Positions 25,817 through 38,876 of a DNA stretch of 45,099 bases are shown one piece after another. Made by a program: the position numbers and the translations under genes. The stretch spans positions 1 through 45,099 of the forward strand of contig NW_021834839.1 of the NCBI RefSeq assembly GCF_006345805.1, given 5' to 3'. Below the pieces are notes generated by a model. It was not told where the DNA came from, searched no databases, and worked only from the letters and a program-made list of their open reading frames with translations. The DNA comes from Octopus sinensis (Eukaryota). The stretch's first letter is position 1. Each line of letters begins with the position of its first letter.

Positions 25817-25945
25817 ACATCATCATCATCATCATTCATCACCATTATCATCATTTCATTATTGTGGCAAATAAAAGAAATTCTTCCCTTCCTCCACCTC
25901 CTTCTCTTCTTTATCGTCACCATCATTAGTATTACGAATATCTTT

Positions 25946-25981
<36 letters not shown>

Positions 25982-26021
25982 GTCATCGTCATCGTCGTCG
26001 TTATTGTTATTATTATTATTA

Positions 26022-26068
<47 letters not shown>

Positions 26069-27250
26069 ATTATTATTTAATATTATTATTATACATATGG
26101 TTATCAATGTTATCTCGGCTAGCATCACCAACAGCACTACCATTTGCTGCCCCCTTTGTCATCGTCAACCACCCCTCCATCCTTCGTCACCTCCTCGTCC
26201 GCCTTCACATCATCATTATCATCATCATCACTATCTTCGCAATCAACATCAATAGTATCTTGCTTAGCGTAATCATGATGAGCATTATGGTCGTAGTGAA
26301 GAAAGCGAAGATTGCCCTCCCTCACCACCAACATCAACACCATCACCACCACTGCTAAAACCAGCACTACCATTATCTCTCCCATCTCCCTTTTTCTACG
26401 ATAACCACCACCACCGCAACCAACTACCATCATCACCTCCATCATCATTGCTATCACCACAACAATCATCACTAGCATATTGATGGCCACCACCACATAT
26501 TTCTATGAAACATTCGACCTGGCAGAGATAACAGCGAAGTTCTTGAACAAACCACGCACAGCCGTCTCAAATATGGAAGGACAATATAGTCTATGATGTA
26601 CAAAACAGCGGGATGGTTATAGTAAGAAGCACTTTGATCACAAATCATGCACCTTAGAGCTTGATCCTGGGCTAAGCAACAGGGCCCTACACTTAAATGC
26701 CATCGTTTCTGTCGTCTAGCAACGCAAACGCCGCAGCCAATGTTGAACAATCATCATCGTCGTCATCTTCATCAACATCATCATCGTCGTCATCGTCGTC
26801 ATTATTATCATAATCATTATCATCATCATCACTGTCATCATCATCATAATCATCGCCATCGTCATCATCTCCATCACCACCATCATCATCATCTTCACCA
26901 CCATCACCACCACCAACGCCACCAACGCCATCACCACCACCAACAACACCATCACCACCAACACCATCATCATCATCATCATCGTCGTAGTTGTCAAAAA
27001 CATCATCATCATGGTCATTGTCATCATCATCATCATCACTGTCATTATCATCATCATCATCACCACCACCAACACCACCACCACCAACGCCACCAACACC
27101 AACGCCACCACCAGCAACACCATCATCATCATCGTCGTTGTAGTCGTCAAAAACATCATCATCACTGTCATTGTCATCATCATCATCATCATTATCATCA
27201 TCATCATCACTGTCATTGTCATCATCATCATCATCATCATTATCATCATG

Positions 27251-27287
<37 letters not shown>

Positions 27288-27300
27288 ACAATAGCAGCTA
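25600..27300. repeat. Large ATT/ATC/ACC trinucleotide field with an internal ~150-bp higher-order duplication
   Basis: Direct inspection; GTAGT(T/C)GTCAAAAACATCATCATC at ~26988 and ~27140. Confidence 0.92.
26505..26680 (+). mobile_element. Family D interspersed repeat
   Basis: GACCTGGCAGAGATAACAGCGAAG..CCTGGGCTAAGCAAC corresponds to the reverse complement of 44705-44905 (GGCCTGCTAGTAATAGCGACGAAATC..CCTTGGGCTAAACCAC). Confidence 0.6.
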
Positions 27301-27841
27301 CAAGATCACAATAGAATACATGATGACCACCATGTCATTTTAGTAAACCCACTGTAAATCCTGTTAACTGGTTGATGGAAATCCTGTTAAGCATGCATCA
27401 GTTTGATTGGTTCGTCTTTTTACTGACGAAGAGAGAAAATTTATTTTATTTTTCTTTCGCGTTCAGTTACTGCATTACAATGATTAAAATCCTACTGCTG
27501 AATCGCATTTAATTTATTTCTTATTCATTTCGTAGTCAATAAAACAGGTATAATTCCTATCACATATATGTTTCGGTCTAAATTAGACTCCTTCAGTGAT
27601 TTTGTTAAATTTAAGACTACGAGAACCAAGGCAGGCATTGTTTTCCATATCGTAATGGAAAAAATGACGGTACAACCAAATTCATGCTTATGAGAAAAAC
27701 TCATCCAACTATCGCCTAATATCATTAAAAGTAGGCCATCTTGACCATACCAGTGATCATCACGCCTAATTTTACGACGCTATGAGATGGGCTAAGTGTA
27801 TGTGTCCCTATCCTTAATAGATATACATAAGTACGTGGCGG

Positions 27842-28683
27842 TAAACCTTTAGCATTGAGATTACTTTTTCAAATCTAACCACTGAAGATGGGCACAAATC
27901 TAGGACAGCACTCTTCACCCTATGAGATGACATCTGGTGTAACACAGGGATCTGTGCTTGGCCCCCTTTTATTTGTTGCATATGTTAATGACATAGATGC
28001 CAACTTAAAGAATGCCACAGTGTTGAAATATGCAGATGACATCAAGCTGTACCTCGAAATAAAGAGGACAGATCCTGTACACTATAGATCTTTATTGCAA
28101 TCAGACCTGGACACAATGCGCAGTGGATCATGGGCTGGCTGTGAACAAATGTACCAGCATGCATTTTGGGAGGAAAAGCCCAGCGTCTACTTACTCCCTC
28201 CACAACACTAACTTCAAAAAGTCTTCTTGTGAACGTGACCTGGGCATTATTGTCGACAGCGATTTGCGTTGGACAAAACACATTGCTAAAATTGCCAAGA
28301 AGGCTGAGCACCTTTTCAAACTCCACCTGTCTAACACCCGTCGACATGTTTACAAAGTCAGAAAACAGCACTGCTCCCATGACTTTCGGAAACATTTTTT
28401 CACGCTAAGAGTTGCTGAAGCATGGAACAAACTGCCGGTATCAGTTGTTAGTTGTCAGAGAACTGCATCCTTCAAAACTTCCATGCTTGCTGAAATTCGC
28501 CAACACTACACCTGATTTTCTCCCCTCCATACACACGCAAGCATGTACCTGACTCATACACTGTTCACTTTCCATACATTTGTACATTACTGCATATGCT
28601 TTATACGCACTTTTGACAAGTTGTGGTGCACCTGAGCACTGTATACAATAATTTCATTATTATTATCATCATCATCATCATCA

Positions 28684-28768
<85 letters not shown>

Positions 28769-29136
28769 ATAGCCTGAAACTGTACGATCTGGTGATCCCG
28801 CCGTCTGCTAGAAGATGGCAGGAGTTCGCTCCCTTGCTTGCAATATATATCGGGTGCAGATTGCATCGATAACTAGGTGGAGGAGGCGGCGATAAGCATT
28901 ATTTCCCAGTATAGTTATTACTTTCATCACTTATAGAGATTTTCTGACTACTTTTGTGCTTTATTGTATTGATTTAATAATGTATCATCTCGTAGCTTCG
29001 AGATTTTGAGTTGTGACTGTTTATTTTCGGACTTACATTGTAGGACAGGTGTGAGAAGCAGGATCTCGTCAGTCTGAACTCTAAAGAGGTAAAACATTTT
29101 GGCCGGATACGACTGGTTTAAATGCTAAGGTGTTAA
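27842..29136. mobile_element. Short TIR element (MITE-like) split by a ~1.07-kb insertion
   Basis: TAAACCTTTAGCATT at 27842-27856 and AATGCTAAGGTGTTAA at 29121-29136 are imperfect inverted termini; pieces at ~27842-27880 and ~28957-29136. Confidence 0.5.
27881..28665 (+). mobile_element. CR1-group LINE 3' fragment, internally deleted
   Basis: SGVTQGSVLGPLLF, YADD at 28029-28040, LQSDLD, ERDLGIIVD and RKHFFTLRVAEAWNKLP; 3' UTR followed by an (ATT)n tail. Confidence 0.9.
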
Positions 29137-29853
29137 GTCTGAAACCTAAAACTAAAGTAAAACAGATTTAAATGAAAAGAATATTTCTGTAAATATTTAG
29201 AATAAGTGAACTCGATAAGAATGTGCCATTAAAACCCATGGCAGAAAAAAACAACCAAATCCATTCCACGTTCTCACCCTCTCCTCCTACTCCTTTCTTA
29301 CTTGTTAATGAACCTCTTCAACACAGTACTGAAGAGATCCGTTTTACGAAATATGTATATGTGACTGGAAAGTTAATGAATTTCATTAACTACGAAATAA
29401 TTAATTAACTACGAAATAGTTTAAACACAAGTATGAATTTTAATGGTTAGTACTATTGTTATGGACTAACAAATGAAGTACATGATCAAGAGGTTCTGAG
29501 AATAAAACAAACACTAATCAACACTGGTTGTCGTAGCAAACTAATTAATTCAGCCATAGAACAATACTTGGACAGCGTAAGAAATATGTGAACCGCCACA
29601 CTTGTTTCAAATACACAAATGGTAAATGTCATGTATGCATATGTATCACCAGATTTGCACACCTGGATTTCTCTTATACGCATTTTTAACCCCGCGAACT
29701 TAGTCCCCCGTAAAAGCATTAGAGAGCTACAGATTGTTTTTATATTAAGTATTTTGGATCTCATCTGTTGATTCTCTCTTTCACTTTCTCTCTCTCTGTC
29801 TTTGTCAGTCTCTGTTTCTCTCTCCACCTCTCTCTACCCCTCTCTCTCTGTAC

Positions 29854-29967
<114 letters not shown>

Positions 29968-30257
29968 AATATATATATATAGGCGATGCTCAAGCATGGC
30001 CGCAGTCAAATGACTGAAACAAATAAAAGAATACACACACACACATACACGCACACGCACACTCTCACACACACACACGCACACACACACATATATATCA
30101 CGATCATTTATCTGGTATTATGCTGGGCGGTTCAACAGGATCTACTGAGCTGGAGTACTTCCGAGCATCGTGTCTCCGTTGTAAACTTTGCAATTGAAGC
30201 TAGTCGATGCAATTGAATTATAGTCGAGAACTGTTTCCAATTTCCTATCCATTTAAA

Positions 30258-30648
30258 GTGGAGGCGCAATAACCCAGTGGTTAGAGCAGCGATATCGCGG
30301 TCGTAGGATCGTGGGTTTGATTCTCAGACCGGGCGTTGTGTGTGTTTATTGAGCGAAAACACCTAAACCTGCACGTGGCTCTGGCGGGAGGGGGGATTGT
30401 GGCGAACCCTGCTGTACTCTTTCACCACAACTTTCTCTCACTCTTTCTTCCTTTTTCTGTTGTGCCTGTATTTCAAAGGGGCCAGCCTTGTCACAGTGCG
30501 TCACACTGAATCTCCCCGAGAACTACGTTAAGGGTACACGTGTCTGTGGAGTGCTCAGCCACTTGCACGTTAATTTCACGAGCCGCCTATTCCGTTGATC
30601 GGATCAAGTAGAACCCTCGACGTCGTAACCGACTGAGTGCCAACAACA
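30258..30648 (+). mobile_element. Full-length tRNA-derived SINE, family C, with 11-bp TSD
   Basis: A/B-box head; ATCCATTTAAA at 30247-30257 and 30649-30659; (CAA)n tail. Confidence 0.92.
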
Positions 30649-31126
30649 ATCCATTTAAAACAAATAGCAGTGACACGGCATGACACGATCACACGATACA
30701 AGAGGAAACTCGACAGGAAAACATTACAGAATTTCGACTAGGAAATATGCGATTAACTTTGGAAGCAATACTCAGAGTACAGTGAAGTGTTAAGAAAAAC
30801 ATTTACGACATCACACGCAAATGACAAAGTACACAACTAATTAATGATGTATTTAAATCTAACCGTCAAAATATAAATTCAGACAATAATACCTACACCA
30901 GTCAGATTAGCTCTAGTTGCTATAAAGATACAGTAACATACTCTACTATTAATCCATCTTGAAGTTGAGACTGTGAAACTGTAGGAACGTTGATAATGGA
31001 TTTGGGAATATTAGTGTTCCAAAAAGACTGCAAAGAAAATTCAAAACGAATGTGAAAAGTAAAGACAATCGTATTCTTTTATTCCTTTTCATAGACATAT
31101 GTTTGATTATATGAGTATGAACGTGT

Positions 31127-31361
31127 AAAGGCGGTGAGCTGGCAGAAACGTTAGCGCGCCGGGCAAAATGCTTAGCGGTATTTCGTCTGTCGTTACGTTC
31201 TGAGTTCAAATTCCGCCGAGGTAGATAACTTTGCCTTTCATCCTTTCGGGGTCGATAAATAAAGTACCAGTTTCGCACTGGGGTCGACGTAATCGACTTA
31301 ATCCCTTTGTCTGTCCTTGTTTGTCCCTTCTATGTTTAGCCCCTTGTTGGCACTAAAGAAA
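31127..31361 (+). mobile_element. Full-length SINE, family B, with 19-bp TSD
   Basis: TATATGAGTATGAACGTGT at 31108-31126 and 31362-31380; B box GAGTTCAAATTCC. Confidence 0.92.
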
Positions 31362-32276
31362 TATATGAGTATGAACGTGTGTGTGTGAGCGTGCGTGTAT
31401 GCGTTTGCATAAAATATACTGACAAAGTACGCCAGCGTTGTACATACTATAGGGTATAAAATTTTGGGAAAATTTTTTTGAGATGTAGAAGAGATCATTA
31501 CGGAATTCTTGATATTTTCGGCTCTTTGCTTTGCATTTCTACAATTTATTCACTTTGTATTCAAAGAGAAAACAAAGAAAAAAATTAAGGTTGCTAACGG
31601 TATCACATCAGTTATATTAACAGTGCAAGTGCAAGAAACACCAGCCCATGTCACAAGTTGATATTTCTGGCAGGACAATATTTCTGAGAGTTATTTAATT
31701 TTAGCCGTTATTATATTCCATTACATTCTTCCTCGAAACACATTTATTGCATACTAATCATAGAAAACTCTTTCTCCTGAGATGTTTCACAGAAAAAAAA
31801 AAACTATTCTCGTTATATGTATGAGACATTTATTTTTATTATTAAAATAATCCTCTTGAAAAAAATAAAAGAAAATATTACTAATATAATCCTCATTCCT
31901 GTTACTCATTTTTTTAATGCTAATTTCGACTTTGCCAGGATTTTTTTAGTAACTTTTTGTTTGAAGAATGAGATTGCAACGTAATTCTCGATATTTACGA
32001 CACCTTCCATTACACTTCGGTGTTAATTTCTATACTTCAATAGTTTTGCATACAAACACACATAGTCTGTTAATGTTTTACTTTTGGTGCTCGCTGATGA
32101 AGCTTCCACTTATTACTTTGATATTGCAAGTAATAGAAACACGAGCATATAACTAGAAAAGGCAGATATATATATATATATGTACGTATGGATGTATGGA
32201 TGGATGCTTGTATGTGTGTATGTACATATATGTATGTATATGAGTGTATGAGCGTGTGTGTGTGACTTTGTGAGCG

Positions 32277-32653
32277 ACGCAGGCGTGACTGCTTGCTGAG
32301 AAACATGCTTTCCAAACAAGATTTTGGGGTTCAATCCCACTACGAAACACCTTGGATAACTGTCCTCTACTATGGCCACAAGCCGATCAGAGTCGTGTGA
32401 GTAGATTTGGTAGGCGGAAACTGAAGGAAGCCCATCGTATGTATGTATGTGTCTTTGTGTGTATTTGTTGCCCACCACCACTTGACAACCGGTGTTAACG
32501 TCCCCGTAAATTAGCGGTTCAGTAAAAAGAAACCAATGGAACAAGTACCAGGCTTTAAGAAATAAGTATTGCCGTCGACTGATTTGAGTAAAAACTCTTC
32601 AAAGCGGTACTCCAGGATGACCACAGTCGCATGACTGAAACAAGGTAGAGATA

Positions 32654-32655
<2 letters not shown>
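32277..32655 (+). mobile_element. Near full-length SINE family A (head, internal microsatellite, tail)
   Basis: GCAGGCGTGACTG..GGGTTCAATCCC head, TATG/TG linker, CTTGACAACCGG..GACTGAAACAAG tail. Confidence 0.8.
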
Positions 32656-32689
<34 letters not shown>

Positions 32690-33054
32690 CGAAAGGTACT
32701 ACTTTGTTATTAATTTATAATTTTGCTTTTATGGTTCTTTCACGCATGGTACCCACTGATATTATTGTAAATTTTTAACTATAATATTTTTATACAGATA
32801 TACATATATGAAATTATTTTTGTATATGCATATGTACATACACACACAATGTGTCACAAAAAATGTATATACATTTAAACAGTAGATAACTTACTGATTT
32901 TTTAAAAAGATTTAGTCTATTAGAAATAATGAAGGGATCTTGACAAAGGTTTGAACAGAGGAAATTTAACCGATTGTACTATTAAAATGTTTGAAAACTC
33001 GGTTGACGTATATGAACTGATCCTTCAACTAGACTTGCCATAACTCGAGTTAGA

Positions 33055-33630
33055 GTTAAGTGCAAAACAGATGCAGCTGTTCAGAGTGTCCCCAAACAAC
33101 ACGCTCCGAACGGCCCCCACAAACCCAGAAAAGTTACTGGGAACGTCTTGCTAGAATTCAAGAAAATTTGTACAGGCGGTGACTTTTGGAATACGTATTT
33201 CAAAATAAGGTGTCCACCGCGTTTTGAAGTGCTGTCATTGGAAACATAATATTTAAGTATACCCCATGCTCTCGATGAAGATGATCCAGACCGAAGAGTG
33301 TATGTAGTTTTGCGAGTGATACTTGACAAAATGTATAGAAGATGTGTTCATTTTGTTTACGGTACAAGACCGACAGTCGACGAGCTGAGAGCAGCCATTG
33401 GACGAGAATGCGCACAATTACTGAACGGAATGTTCCTTGAGGTTTGCGATTCCACCGTCTTGCATTATCAGCAGTCTAGACCAGAACCGTTATTAGTTTA
33501 AAAACAGGCGTCATAAAAATATTAAATTATGTCTCTAGATTCTATTACCCCAAAATTAAATGTAGTTTGGCAAGTACTGACTTTACAATCATTCAATGTA
33601 TATATATGTTTTATGGGAGACGCTCTACAT
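33055..33630 (+). mobile_element. Internally deleted Tc1/mariner-superfamily remnant (maT/DD37D-like)
   Basis: Peptides HALDEDDPDRRV and VYGTRPTVDELRAAIGRECAQL..MFLEVCDS resemble the linker and C-terminus of such transposases; TIR-like CAGAGTGTCCCA and TGGGAGACGCTCTA. Confidence 0.55.
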
Positions 33631-33665
33631 ACATACGTACATTCATTTACCTTTATCTATATATA

Positions 33666-33754
<89 letters not shown>

Positions 33755-34559
33755 GGTTATATATCTAACTATCTATCAATGTCTCTGTCTATTTGTCTGT
33801 CTATCTCTCTCCCTCTCCTTCTGTCTCTTTCTCTCTCTAGATATATACAGAATTAAGTGCAAAACAGATGCAACTGTTCAGAATGTCCACAAATAACACC
33901 TTCCGGACGACCGCGGGCATCATGCACAGGAGCCATCCGGACTCCCGCCTTCGCCATGATCAGAAATTAATCTTCCCTCTTGGCTCCCTTGTGCCATATG
34001 GGTTTCACTCCCTTCCACTCTTCATCTGACTCCCCACTTCTCTCTTCATCTGTCACTTAGTTCCTCTTTTCACTCCTACCCACCATCTCTCTTCATTGAT
34101 ACCACCCCTACTCCTACCCACACGCCATCCTACCCCAAATCTCCACCACCACCCCACAGCACCCCACACCACTCCAAACACACTAGCACTGACCATTTCA
34201 CAACACCCACAACACACCATCATATGTACACCCCTACACCAGAATCCACACACCCATACACAATCTTCAATAGCGTCACCACACATACCACTATATGAGC
34301 AGCCACACGTTACAGACACACACACACACTAGCACTGCCCACTTTCTAGCGCCCACACCACACAGCATCATCTACACACCCACACAAGTCAAAGTCACCA
34401 GCCCCTATTCACACACACACACATTTACACATTATCACATACACACATGCACGTGCACCTTCATTTTGGGATTACAAATACTTTATTATATCCCCTACTT
34501 TCAACCACTTCTTTCAAACATTTTTCTAATCAGTCGCCATGGTTGACACTAAATCCACA

Positions 34560-34730
34560 AGCTTTTTTTTTTTATTCTCTCTTCGTTTATTTTCTCTTAT
34601 TCCTTTCTGGTGAAGAGCGCAGGCTCGAAACATAAAATACTTTTTCACTTTCCCAAGCGTCGAACTATTACACTTGCTTGTTGTTCATACACCTGTCTTC
34701 GCCATTTGTTTTTCTATAAACTTCAACTAT
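34560..34730 (+). mobile_element. Hammerhead-bearing element, copy 3
   Basis: CTTT|CTGGTGA|A|GAGC-GCAG-GCTC|GAA|ACAT|A^AAAT at 34603-34638; shared downstream TTTTTCACTT.CC..GCG..ACACCTG.CTTCG. Confidence 0.75.
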
Positions 34731-34859
34731 ATATATATGTATACATACATACATATACACACACACGCACACACACACACACGCACACACACACACACAC
34801 ATATATATATACACATACATATATAATACATATATATATATAAATATATATATATTTGT

Positions 34860-35147
34860 ATGTGGATTTGGTAAACAGAAACTGAAAGAAGCCCGTCGTA
34901 TGCATATTTATATATGTGTGTGTGTATGTGTATGTGCATGTGTGTGTCTGTGTTTGTCCCCCCAACTTCGCTTGACAACCGATGCTGGTGTGTTTACGTC
35001 CCCATAACTTAGCGGCTCGGCAAAAGAAACTGATAGAATAAGTACTAGGGCTTACAAAGAATAAGTCCTGGGGTCGATTTGCTCGACTAAAGTCTGTGCT
35101 CCAGCATGGCCGCAGTCAAACGACTGAAACAAGTAAAATAATAAAGA

Positions 35148-35148
<1 letters not shown>
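34860..35148 (+). mobile_element. SINE family A, 5'-truncated
   Basis: GTGGATTTGGTA..GAAACTGAAAGAAGCCCGTCG, microsatellite linker, complete tail. Confidence 0.85.
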
Positions 35149-35195
<47 letters not shown>

Positions 35196-35864
35196 ATGTA
35201 TGTATGTATGTATGTATGTATGTATGTATGTATGTATATAGGTCTTTTTGTGAGTAACACGTTAACGTTTCAAGCTCTTAAATTTGTTCCAACTCATAAA
35301 ATTTACACTTTCTGATGCATTTGACACGAGCTTCTTTTTTTTTATTTCTCGCATTTGTCTCATAATGCTTCATAAAATAGTTTTCTAAATTATTCAAAAG
35401 CATTTCTCCTCTCTTGCTATAATAGCGTCTACAAAGTTTTCTGTTAGTCTTTTCCATTTGAAAGTTAATTCAGCCTTCTTATCTTATCTTATATATAATA
35501 AAATACAGTAATGATAGAAACAAAAAGAACAAACAGAGTGCGAATGAGTGATAGTCTGAGATGCTAAATGCAGATGAACTGTAATGAGATGGCTTGCTCT
35601 GAAGTCGTTGGTATTGCAACCAAAATGAAAGTAAATTTTTTTCGTAAATTATATTTATTTTATAAATTTCACTCACACACATATCCCCCCACCCACACAC
35701 ACACACGGACACAGATACACGCACGCACACACACAGACACACACGTATATGTGAAATTAAATTTTAAAATTCTTTGTTTGCAAACTATTGTCGCTCACGC
35801 AACATTTGTGAATTATATATACACATACACACACACACACACACACGTATATATATGCATACAG

Positions 35865-35932
35865 GAGACGTAAACACACCTACATCGATTGTCAAGCGAT
35901 GGTGGTGGGGGACAAACAAAGACACAGACAGA

Positions 35933-35937
<5 letters not shown>
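35865..35937 (-). mobile_element. SINE family A tail fragment
   Basis: Reverse complement TTTGTCCCCCACCACCATCGCTTGACAATCGATGTAGGTGTGTTTACGTC. Confidence 0.7.
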
Positions 35938-36022
<85 letters not shown>

Positions 36023-36355
36023 GTCTTCATTGTCCATTACTTCCTGTTTGTCCTTTCTGAAGCTAACTTTTCTTCCTTTTACCAAGTAAATGTTAACATA
36101 TTCACACATACTCATATGTATCTTTATGCACAACATGCATGGTTATGTAGATAATATGCGTTTCTCTGTGCGTGTGTGTGTGTGTGTGTGTTTTTATGGG
36201 TATGTGCTAAGAATTTCGTCATCAGCTTAGTTCCACTACGTGACACTTTATGTAAAGTGTCGTAAACAAACTCACACCGGCTGAGATAGCCTTGTGAGTG
36301 GATTCAGTAAAAAGGAAAGAGTGAACAAAGCCAGTCGTATATATATATATATATA

Positions 36356-36900
36356 TCTTTATATATATAAAACTGAGAATGTGTGTCTGTCTGTCTGTCT
36401 GTGTGTTTCCCTAAAACTTGAGAACTACACAACGAATTTCATTCAAATTTTACACCTGCCTACTTAGAGTCCGGGGAGTATCTTCGGCAAAAAAAGTTTT
36501 AAACTTTTTGCCTAGGGCGAGCCCACAGCAATATCATATGTTCTCCACTACGATTCCCTAAAACATGAGAACTACACAACCAATTTCATTCAAATTTTAC
36601 ACATGCCTTACTTAGGGTCCATGTAGTTTCATGGGCAGAAAAAAATGTTCAACTTCTTGCCTAGAGCGAGCCCATAGCAATATCATATCTTCTCCACTAT
36701 TTCAGTATTACGTGTTAAAAGTGAAACAAAAACATTTCTCTATTTTATGTCAGATACTTTCACTTTAACAATAAAAATAATAATAACAATTGAATTATAC
36801 GTAGTAAGTAATAATTAAAATCAAACTAAAGTATAATATAATCGTAACATAACAAAAGTAGAAATAGCAATTGGTATAAAATTGCATCAATGACTTGAAC
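36356..36900 (+). mobile_element. Non-autonomous Helitron-like element; 3' end not defined
   Basis: Starts TCTTTATATATAAAA followed by (GTCT)n and a CAACCAATTTCATTCAAATTTT motif, an architecture typical of short Helitrons; contains a 147-bp tandem duplication (36407-36553 and 36554-36700); no clear hairpin-CTAG end seen. Confidence 0.5.
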
Positions 36901-37529
36901 TTGAATAAGTGGTTTCACATGAATGGGAATAAATTAAAAATAAAATTAGTGTGCAGAAATGGAATAGTCCAGATGGATAATAAAAATTAAATTAAAGAAA
37001 GGACTATTGTCTATAAAGTAAACAATGTAGAGAAAAAAGAAGATTTGAACACATGGAGGAAAGCACCTTCGAAAAGTGTCTTAGTGCGACTATGAAAGAT
37101 ATCTAATCAGAGGCGGTAAATTTGCCACAATAGAAGCAAGGTTCGAGTCAACGGAGCGTGCAAGGGAGTACTCGACTTGAACTTGCAAAGTGGAAATATT
37201 TTATTCTTATCTTTATATCTGGGACGTAGGACGTCCCGGAAAAAAATTTAAAATGCACCCCCCTCCCCAGAATTAGAGGTAGGGTGGAATGTAGCCACAC
37301 TTCTATACAAGAGGGAGGACAAGATACAATTGATCGAAATTACAACAGACGGGCTAACAATTCCAGTCTGTTATATATTTTGAGTATTGTTATCACTAGC
37401 GATATCAAGATATAACTTTGTATTTTGTATTTTATGTGTAGATGTATATGACCCGGCAACGAGGGGTCTTTAATGCTAGTATATATATATATGTTATATA
37501 TATGTGCATGCATGTATATATATATATGT

Positions 37530-37715
37530 AAATCGCTAGCCACTATACGTTCTTTATTTTCTCTCCTTGTTTCTTTCTGTGTTCCTTTCTGTGGAAGAGC
37601 GTAGGCTCGAAACGTTAAAGGCTTTTTCACTTCCCGAGCATTATACTAATACATATGCTTGTTGTCTACACCACCTCTCTTCGGCTTTTTTTTTTTTTTG
37701 TGAATCCTCCCCACT
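37530..37715 (+). mobile_element. Hammerhead-bearing element, copy 4
   Basis: Homologous over its length to 8832-9020; flanked by (TA)n. Confidence 0.8.
37585..37620 (+). ncRNA. Putative minimal type-I hammerhead ribozyme, variant core
   Basis: CTTT|CTGTGGA|A|GAGC-GTAG-GCTC|GAA|ACGT|T^AAAG. Confidence 0.6.
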
Positions 37716-38876
37716 ATATATATACATAATGCATATTTATATGTCACCATATATAACACTACCATCCGGTGTCTTGAATGCCTTTACTATGTTGGAAGAA
37801 TTATGCCTCAACGGCTGTCTAATATTAGGACGGGCCTCAGAGATTTCGGATCGGTGTCGCTGGAAGAGAGGCACCCGACAGCTTTTGTTAAGGCATGTCT
37901 CTAGGAGAAGTTCACTCTACGAAACAACTTATGCGCAGAATGGCAATGGAAATTTTGCGAGTCTTTTGTCTCTGCTTGAGATCATTCCTACATTCCTTAG
38001 TCTACGACCCATAATGGCACTCCTACATTGCTGGGTCTATGACCCATAATGGCACTGGATATTATGCACTGGTTTATTTCCGGATCGCGTCAAAAGGGCG
38101 GAGAGGGTCTGTAGGGTCGTGTGCAAGCCTTATTGGACCTAAATTTTTTTGGTTGTGCCATCGCCGGCGAGGCATCTATCCCATTCTCGGTTGAGCAGGA
38201 GGACTCCGCAGCATGCTAGAACGCCACTGACGCGAACCTGGGTGAGATCGGCTGCTAGTGCAATAACATCATGTACTGACATTGCTTGCATTTTCTGCAG
38301 CTAGAGGTCAGTGATAGTCATCTTTCGTCACGAATGGACAGCTATCATACACATACATACGTACGTACGTACATACATACATACATACATACATACACAC
38401 ATACGCATATACACACGCATACATATATATGTACATACACACATACATACATACATACATACATACATACATGCATACATACATACATACATACATACAT
38501 ACATACATACAGAAGAAATAGTGAGGGATTATCAATCCGGGCAAAATACTTCATAAGCTCTCCATTGGCACATCAGCTTAACAATATTACTTAGATTAGT
38601 GAAGAACTCCAGGTAATATTTTGGTAGGGTTCTAGGTTATGGTTCATCACAACTCCATATTGTAAATCCGTGGATGGGCTCCGATAAACTGTTAGTGTTA
38701 TATAAAAAAATCAAGTTAAAAATAATGGTCAATACATATAATTCCTTCATTTTAGCAAATTTGGCTTACAGCTGTTTCCAGTGGTCATTATAGGTACATT
38801 ACTGATAGATTCACTCAATTGGTCTATTGATCAATAGAGGCAAATTGAACGATCTAAGAAAATTAAAGCTACTTTC

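Noticed and set aside
26740-27294. His-rich protein gene
   Set aside because: (CAT)n/(CAC)n tract open in several frames and on both strands
37221-37237. GGGACGT-AGG-ACGTCCC hairpin as the Helitron 3' terminator
   Set aside because: Not followed by CTRR at the expected distance, so the link to the element at 36356 is unsupported
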